This document shows, in pieces, positions 34,930 to 40,283 of a stretch of 40,283 nucleotides of DNA. Position numbers and translations under genes: made by a program. Position 1 is the stretch's first letter. Each line of letters starts with the position of its first letter. This stretch comes from Planctomycetaceae bacterium. GTDB lineage: Bacteria; Planctomycetota; Planctomycetia; Pirellulales; Thermoguttaceae. Where the stretch lies: contig JAITST010000030.1 in assembly GCA_031287585.1 (NCBI GenBank), positions 1 through 40,283 on the forward strand, in the 5' to 3' direction. The notes under the pieces are model-generated. The model did no database searches. It saw only the letters and a program-made list of their open reading frames with translations, and was not told where the DNA came from.

Positions 34930-36039
34930 ATGAAAAACTACCGAACATTACAGTTCCATAACAGGTATTCAGAAAGCGATATTGTTGTTGGTTTTCAAGT
35001 TTTGAATACCGCGGGAATCCAGACACGGATTAACGAAGATAGTGTTGTCCTTGATTTTGATGTTGTCGATATGAAGTATATCGAAAGACAACAGAGTCAA
35101 ACGGAAGAATTGCTCTCGCACGTTCTCACCGAATTGTTAAAAATCCGTTCGTTTTCCTCTGCTAATGGTAAGATTATTTTCAAAACATTTAACAAAGAAA
35201 AACGTGTTAGCGGTAAAGCCGAAAATAAAAAAAAACGGCTTGGCTATGAATCGTTTCAAAAACATTTTTCAACAGAAAATAATGAAGTGCCGCCGGAGTT
35301 TCTCAATAAAATTATCTGCGCGGATTCTCTCAATCAGTTGGCGCAATTTCCTGATAATTGCGTTGATTTGATTTTCACTTCACCGCCGTATAATTTTGGT
35401 ATCAATTACAATAATACCGATGACGTGAACACTTGGCATGATTATTTTGATATGCTGTTTGCCATTTTCGGCGAGTGTGTCCGCGTGCTGAAAAGCGGCG
35501 GGCGAATAGTCGTGAACATTCAGCCGCTTTATTCTGATTATGTCCCGTCGCATCATCTTGTCAGTAATTTTTTCGTCCAACAGGGTTTGATTTGGAAGGG
35601 CGAAATCATCTGGGAAAAAAATAACTATAACTGCAAGTATTGTACTTGGGGCAGTTGGCAAAGCCCGTCGTCGCCATATTTGAAATATTCTTGGGAATTT
35701 GTTGAAGTATTTTGCAAGAACACGTTGAAAAAAGACGGCGAAAAAGAATACGCCGATATTACCGGCGATGAGTTCAAAAAGTGGGTTTATGGCAAGTGGT
35801 CAATCGCACCGGAGCGAAAAATGAAAGAATATAAACACGATGCAATGTTTCCAGAGGAACTTGCAAAACGTGTCCTCAAACTCTTTTCGTTTCAAAACGA
35901 TATCGTGCTTGACCCGTTCAACGGAGTCGGAACGACAACAAAAGTTGCCCGTTCATTGGGACGGCAATTTATTGGAATTGATATTGACGCAGAATACTGT
36001 AAAACAGCAAGAGGGAGACTTAAAGATGGCTTTTTCTAA
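34930..36039 (+). CDS. beta-class N4/N6 DNA methyltransferase (SPPY type, likely N4-cytosine) with N-terminal extension of about 125 aa
   Basis: Motif IV DLIFTSPPY comes before motif I VLDPFNGVGTT, which is the beta-class order. Also has the FPEELAKRVLKLFS region. The N-terminal 125 aa have no recognised domain. Confidence 0.85.
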   Translation: MKNYRTLQFHNRYSESDIVVGFQVLNTAGIQTRINEDSVVLDFDVVDMKYIERQQSQTEELLSHVLTELLKIRSFSSANGKIIFKTFNKEKRVSGKAENKKKRLGYESFQKHFSTENNEVPPEFLNKIICADSLNQLAQFPDNCVDLIFTSPPYNFGINYNNTDDVNTWHDYFDMLFAIFGECVRVLKSGGRIVVNIQPLYSDYVPSHHLVSNFFVQQGLIWKGEIIWEKNNYNCKYCTWGSWQSPSSPYLKYSWEFVEVFCKNTLKKDGEKEYADITGDEFKKWVYGKWSIAPERKMKEYKHDAMFPEELAKRVLKLFSFQNDIVLDPFNGVGTTTKVARSLGRQFIGIDIDAEYCKTARGRLKDGFF

Positions 36040-36844
36040 CAAAAAAACTTTACAAAAATTTCTGCAACCGCTCATTGAAAAACATGTTCACGCGTCAAAC
36101 ATCGCAAAAAAGTTGAGGGATACTAAACATTCGAAGTTCCTTTTTGAATGTGCAGACCACTATAAAGAATTACATGATTCTTTCCAAGTGGAAAATGTTG
36201 CCAAAATGGTCAAGAACTGGAATATCTATCTGGATTATGTCAGAGAACACAATGAGGGAAAATTCTCTGCTCAGTCAAAATTTGAGCCGACGATATTAGA
36301 AGAGAGTGTTTATCGAATGTTTTCTCACCTTGAAAACGAAATAATAAAAATAGGAACGATCAAAGCATATTCTAACCTGTATTTCTCGCCCGTTGATTTT
36401 GAAAGTTTTCAAAATCAATCAAGAGTGAAAATTAACACCAAAGATCAGGATTTTTCAATCTATAAAAAAGTATCAATACAAGTCAGCGATGCTTCTGGTG
36501 CCGTTGATACTTTTATTCCTGTTGTTGCTATGGAATGTAAAACATATTTAGACAAAACAATGCTTGAAGGAAGTATCGCAACTGCCGAAAAAATCAAACA
36601 AGGAAATCCTTATTGCCGATTTTGTATCATTACTGAATTTTATGACGTTGATAAAAAGGTTGATGTTAAACACTCGCGCATAGACCAAATTTACGTTTTT
36701 CGTAAAAACGCCAAACGCAAATCTGGTATGTCCAGCATTTGTCATGACGTTGTAAAACTACTCTATGACGACACAGTAAAACATCTTGAACAAAAATGGT
36801 CAGATGTGGAGAAAAATATAAAAAGTCGGGGTGTCGTATTATGA
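36026..36844 (+). CDS. putative type II restriction endonuclease (PD-(D/E)xK-like)
   Basis: Start chosen at MAFSNKK (ATG at 36026), which overlaps the methylase 3' end by 14 nt. Has a candidate catalytic pattern DQDF...(about 27 aa)...VVAMECK. The position next to the methylase supports the call, but no specific enzyme family is recognised. Confidence 0.55.
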   Translation: MAFSNKKTLQKFLQPLIEKHVHASNIAKKLRDTKHSKFLFECADHYKELHDSFQVENVAKMVKNWNIYLDYVREHNEGKFSAQSKFEPTILEESVYRMFSHLENEIIKIGTIKAYSNLYFSPVDFESFQNQSRVKINTKDQDFSIYKKVSIQVSDASGAVDTFIPVVAMECKTYLDKTMLEGSIATAEKIKQGNPYCRFCIITEFYDVDKKVDVKHSRIDQIYVFRKNAKRKSGMSSICHDVVKLLYDDTVKHLEQKWSDVEKNIKSRGVVL

Positions 36845-36862
36845 CAATTTTCAATCGTGTTC
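36844..36862. repeat. partial copy (19 bp exact) of repeat family R3
   Basis: acaattttcaatcgtgttc is identical to 12972-12990. It lies between the nuclease stop and the DUF3791 start and is followed by TATATA. Confidence 0.7.
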
Positions 36863-36892
36863 GGTATATAAAACAAGGAAGTCTGTACTGAT

Positions 36893-37129
36893 ATGGAAAC
36901 AAAAACATTAGACAGAGAAGCAGAAAACAGGATAAGTTTCATTACTTATCTGATAGTGGAATTTGCGGAGGCGTTCAAAATGTCTAAACCGAAAGCATAC
37001 CTGTATCTGCAACAGTACGGCGGTTTGGATTTTCTCTACAAACACTGGTGGGCGTTGCATACCGATAGTAAATACTATGCCTTGTTGGATCTGTACGAAG
37101 TTTGCCGTAAAAATGGAGGTTATCGATGA
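36893..37129 (+). CDS. DUF3791-like small protein
   Basis: 78 aa. ISFITYLIVEFAEAFKMSKPKAYLYLQQYGGLDFLYKHWWALHTDSKYYALLDLYEVCRKNGG matches my recollection of the DUF3791 pattern (...efAkxxxxsxxxAxxYLxxyxgxxfLxxxYxxxHtxs...dlxxxCxknGG). Confidence 0.65.
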   Translation: METKTLDREAENRISFITYLIVEFAEAFKMSKPKAYLYLQQYGGLDFLYKHWWALHTDSKYYALLDLYEVCRKNGGYR

Positions 37130-37839
37130 TTGTTTATCACGGCAGTTACATTGAAATCGATGTGATTGATTTGTCTCAATGCGAACCGCATAAAGATTTT
37201 GGACAAGGTTTTTATGTAACGAAATACAAGAAACACGCCGAAACGTGGGCGGCAAGAATCGGTGAAAAACACGAAACAAAAGGCGTTGTAACGGAATTTA
37301 ATTTTCACGAGAGTGCTTTTACAAATAATAAATACAAAGTGTTGCGGTTTGCAGATTATTCCGACGATTGGTTGGATTTTGTTGTCAATAACCGCAACAA
37401 TGAATCGCCTGTGCCGTCTCACGACTATGACATTGTCGAAGGTTATGTTGCCAATGACCGTATTCAAAGGCGTATTGATGATTATCTCGCGGGTATTATT
37501 GATCGCGAAAAGTTCCTCAAAGAATTAGTCTATCACGAACCAACACACCAAATTTGTTTTTGCACAGTTAAATCACTGCAAATGCTCGAAAAAGCGGCTC
37601 GGCATGAGATCAGCAACATAGAAGATATTGCCGATGCAGTGATTGTCGCCCTTGTTACAGAACAATCTAAAACAGAAGCCGAAGCCATTGATATTTTTTA
37701 CAAATCTGTAACTTTTGCGAAATTGACTGAGAAAAACTCCTCTTTGCTTTCTCTGACTTGGAGAGAAATATACAATTTATTCTTACAAGAATTAGAAAAC
37801 AGAACGTGTTGTGAGCATCCTGCTTGCAAGTCATCGTAA
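37126..37839 (+). CDS. DUF3990-like protein with H-Y-E (ADP-ribosyltransferase-like) motif pattern
   Basis: 237 aa. MIVYHGSYIEI...KDFGQGFYVTKYKKHAETWA...WLDFVVNNR...YDIVEGYVANDRI...QICFCT matches the DUF3990 pattern. Its ATGA overlaps the DUF3791 stop, and GGAGG lies 5 nt upstream. The last few codons and the stop lie inside the right 11-bp direct repeat. Confidence 0.7.
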   Translation: MIVYHGSYIEIDVIDLSQCEPHKDFGQGFYVTKYKKHAETWAARIGEKHETKGVVTEFNFHESAFTNNKYKVLRFADYSDDWLDFVVNNRNNESPVPSHDYDIVEGYVANDRIQRRIDDYLAGIIDREKFLKELVYHEPTHQICFCTVKSLQMLEKAARHEISNIEDIADAVIVALVTEQSKTEAEAIDIFYKSVTFAKLTEKNSSLLSLTWREIYNLFLQELENRTCCEHPACKSS

Positions 37840-37845
37840 TCGTAA
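37835..37845. repeat. right copy of the 11-bp direct repeat CGTAATCGTAA
   Basis: Exact match to 34662-34672, 41 nt upstream of the permease ATG. Confidence 0.85.
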
Positions 37846-37885
37846 GCAAGATGCTTGCGGCACCTTCAAACCTGCCACTTCAACA

Positions 37886-39004
37886 ATGTCCCGAATACGA
37901 CGTTTAATCGCTTTAATGGTCAAGGAAACGCTTCAGGTGAAGCGCGACCCGAGTTGTATTTTGATTGCGTTTGTACTGCCGGTGATATTGTTGTTCATTT
38001 TCGGCTACGGGATTTCGCTTGATATTCGGTATGTCAAACTGGCGGTCGTTCTTGAAGACCATTCGCCGACAGCACAAACTGTTTGGGCATCGCTGCAAGC
38101 AACCGATTACATCACGCCGATTTATTACGCTGACCGTCATTCCGCAGAAGAAGCGATTGTCAACGCCCGTGTTCGCGGATTGCTCGTCATTCCCGACGAT
38201 TTTTCGCAACGCCTTAACGCCGACGGTTTCGCAACACTTCAACTGCTGACCGACGGTGTTGAAACGAATACGGCAACGATTCTTGAAAATTACGTTCGCG
38301 GTACGATTGCGGTTTGGGCGAAACAGCAAAGCCGTGATCACGGAATTGAATATACCGCGCCAACCGACATCCAAAGCCGTGTTTATTTCAATCCCGAACT
38401 CGAAAGCCGCAACGCTTTGATTCCCGGCTCGATTGTTCTCATCATGGCGATTATCGGAACGCTGCTCACGTCGCTCGTTGTTGCGCGAGAGTGGGAACGC
38501 GGTACGATGGAGGCGATGCTGGCGACTCCGATTGCGTCAATCGATATGCTGCTCGGCAAACTTGTTCCGTACTACGTGCTTGGGATGTTGTCGAACGCGG
38601 CTTGTGTTTTGGTTGCGGTTTATCTTTTTCATTTGCCGTTTCGCGGTTCGGCGGCTTCGCTGTTTTTGGTTTCGTCAGTGTTTTTGATTGCGGCACTTGG
38701 ACTTGGCTTTTTAATTTCAACTCTTTGTAAGAATCAGTTTCTTGCATCCCAGTTGGCGCTTGTGTTGGGCTTTTTACCGAACTACATTTTGTCCGGTGCG
38801 TTGTTTGAAATCAATTCAATGCCGTTACCGATTCAATTTTTGACCTATTGTTTTTCAGGACGATACTACGTAACGTGTCTTCAAACGATTTTTATGGTCG
38901 GCGATATTTGGGCGTTGCTTCTTCCGAATATCTTTTTTATGTTTTCGTTAGCAGCGTTGTTTTTTGCAATCACGCTGCGTGTTACACCGACACGGCTCGA
39001 ATAA
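37886..39004 (+). CDS. ABC-2 type transporter permease (YbhS-like)
   Basis: Start chosen at MSRIRRLIALMVKETLQVKRDP, the typical ABC-2 N-terminus. Has a large periplasmic loop followed by 5 TM helices (EWERGTMEAMLATP motif). Confidence 0.85.
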   Translation: MSRIRRLIALMVKETLQVKRDPSCILIAFVLPVILLFIFGYGISLDIRYVKLAVVLEDHSPTAQTVWASLQATDYITPIYYADRHSAEEAIVNARVRGLLVIPDDFSQRLNADGFATLQLLTDGVETNTATILENYVRGTIAVWAKQQSRDHGIEYTAPTDIQSRVYFNPELESRNALIPGSIVLIMAIIGTLLTSLVVAREWERGTMEAMLATPIASIDMLLGKLVPYYVLGMLSNAACVLVAVYLFHLPFRGSAASLFLVSSVFLIAALGLGFLISTLCKNQFLASQLALVLGFLPNYILSGALFEINSMPLPIQFLTYCFSGRYYVTCLQTIFMVGDIWALLLPNIFFMFSLAALFFAITLRVTPTRLE

Positions 39005-39029
39005 TTTTAACCGCAGGGAATAGTTCAAA

Positions 39030-40133
39030 ATGTTGAACCGGCTTTTTCATTTGATTATCAAGGAGTTTCTCGCGCTGCTTCGCGACCCGAAGACGCGGGG
39101 TATTCTTATTGTCCCGCCGATTTTGCAGATATTCATTTTTTCGTACGCAATCACGCAGGATGTGAAAAATGTTTCGTTGGCGGTTTTGAATCACGATACC
39201 GGCGTAGAGAGCGGCACGTTAATTCAGCGTTTTCAGCAATCACCGACATTCACGCGGATTATTTCACTTTCGCATCGGGGCGAAATTGATTCGGCGATTG
39301 ATAAGCAGCAAGCGATGATCGTGCTTGTGATACCGCAGGATTTTTCGCGGAATCTTTATGGCGGTCGCGTTGCGAGTGTTCAGGTTTTGCTTGACGGACG
39401 TAAATCGAACGCGGCACCGATTGTCGGCAGTTACGCGACAAAAATTGTCAACAAGTTCGTTCAGGAACGAAGTCGAACGGCTCAAAATGTTGGTGTTGAT
39501 ATTCAGACACGGCACTGGTTTAACAGTAATCTCGAACCAAAACGGACAACGATACCGTGCTTGGTTTGTATTCTCGCGACGGTTTTAGGAATGTTGGTGT
39601 CCGGTCTTTCGATAGCGCGTGAACGGGAAATGGGGACGTTTGAGCAGATTTTAGTTTCGCCGCTCACGCCGACAGAAATCCTTCTCGGTAAGGCGATACC
39701 GGCACTCGTGCTGGCAACCGGCTCTTCGATGATACTCATTATGATTGCGGTTTTCATTATGGGCATTCCGCTTCAAGGTTCGTTCTGGCTTTTACTGGCA
39801 TCGCTTGACCTTTTTCTGTTGTCGGTGATTGGTATCGGACTTTTCATCAGTTCGTTGTCGGCAACTCAACAACAGGCGATACTGGGAGTGATACTGATTT
39901 TGCCGCCGTCGATAATGCTTTCCGGCTTTGCGACACCGGTCGAAACGATGCCGAATTGGATGCAATGGTTAACGGTCGCGAATCCGGTGCGTTGGTACTT
40001 GGTGATAGTGAAAGGCGTTTTTATGAAGGGAATGGATGCTTACGAAGTCTTTCTCAACTGTGTCCCGCTCGCCGCAATTTCGCTGATAACCCTCTGCGCG
40101 GCATCGACAATGTTTCGCCGGCGGATGGAGTGA
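39030..40133 (+). CDS. ABC-2 type transporter permease (YbhR-like)
   Basis: Has MLNRLFHLIIKEFLALLRDPKTRGIL, REREMGTFEQILVSPL and PNWMQWLTVANPVRWY. It is a paralogue of the preceding gene. Confidence 0.85.
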   Translation: MLNRLFHLIIKEFLALLRDPKTRGILIVPPILQIFIFSYAITQDVKNVSLAVLNHDTGVESGTLIQRFQQSPTFTRIISLSHRGEIDSAIDKQQAMIVLVIPQDFSRNLYGGRVASVQVLLDGRKSNAAPIVGSYATKIVNKFVQERSRTAQNVGVDIQTRHWFNSNLEPKRTTIPCLVCILATVLGMLVSGLSIAREREMGTFEQILVSPLTPTEILLGKAIPALVLATGSSMILIMIAVFIMGIPLQGSFWLLLASLDLFLLSVIGIGLFISSLSATQQQAILGVILILPPSIMLSGFATPVETMPNWMQWLTVANPVRWYLVIVKGVFMKGMDAYEVFLNCVPLAAISLITLCAASTMFRRRME

Positions 40134-40172
40134 ACGATAGATGTTTGTTCGTTCAAGAAAACAAAACACGAA

Positions 40173-40210
40173 GGGACAAGAACCATTGTTCTGTCCCATC
40201 GCATTTTTTA
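40173..40210 (+). terminator. possible intrinsic terminator after the ABC operon
   Basis: The imperfect hairpin gggacaagaac-catt-gttctgtccc is followed 6 nt later by a T run (gcatttttta). Confidence 0.35.
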
Positions 40211-40283
40211 CCTTTGCAAATTGTAATTTTACTTACTTTTCGCACGGAGTCGGAGCCGGTGGGTCACACGGTGCAGGACAGCA

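Larger units (their letters stand above)
34673..37834 (+). mobile_element. AT-rich inserted cassette (R-M plus DUF3791/DUF3990) with no recognisable mobility gene
   Basis: It is bounded by exact 11-bp direct repeats and interrupts an otherwise canonical adaptor-ATPase-permease-permease operon. Its base composition is visibly lower in GC than both flanks. Confidence 0.55.

Noticed and set aside
35840-36025. Upstream 62-codon extension of the nuclease ORF
   Set aside because: This part lies in an alternative frame of the methylase C-terminal catalytic region (motif I). The ATG at 36026, overlapping the methylase stop region, is the sensible start.
40233-40283. Possible 3' end of a minus-strand gene at the window edge (…CCPAPCDPPAPTPCEK-stop)
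   Set aside because: Only 17 codons are visible, which is too little to support a call.

Overview
This is a bacterial chromosomal segment. Its gene content and the very long SecA suggest a Planctomycetota-like lineage, but that is inference and cannot be verified here. Housekeeping genes of moderate GC are a partial S51 peptidase, a secreted M14 peptidase, thrC, mdh, a secreted ADP-ribosylglycohydrolase, secA, dxs, fxsA, pgm, an acyl-CoA ligase, a GT9 glycosyltransferase and a ybhGFSR-like ABC exporter operon. Three visibly AT-rich accessory patches interrupt them. (1) 12.5-14.7 kb is a decayed region holding an internally deleted IS3-family element, with inverted repeats and a 3-bp target duplication, that appears to sit in an IS630 transposase relic. 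(2) 20.9-29.5 kb holds gene-fragment scars, a Sel1-repeat protein, a WG-repeat protein, and a same-strand cluster of a standalone OmpR-type winged-helix protein, a membrane-anchored small protein, a coiled-coil protein of unknown family with a hidden frameshifted N-terminus, and an AbiTii-like abortive-infection domain protein. (3) 34.67-37.85 kb is a 3.2 kb cassette bounded by an exact 11-bp direct repeat, inserted precisely between the ABC ATPase gene and its permease genes. It carries a type II restriction-modification pair (beta-class SPPY methyltransferase plus a PD-(D/E)xK-like nuclease) and a translationally coupled DUF3791/DUF3990 pair whose larger member shows an H-Y-E, ADP-ribosyltransferase-like motif pattern. 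The two best candidates for an undescribed system are the DUF3791/DUF3990 module riding with the R-M pair and the AbiTii-centred cluster. Several families of short interspersed intergenic repeats and hairpin clusters are also present. I found no tRNA, rRNA or CRISPR array.
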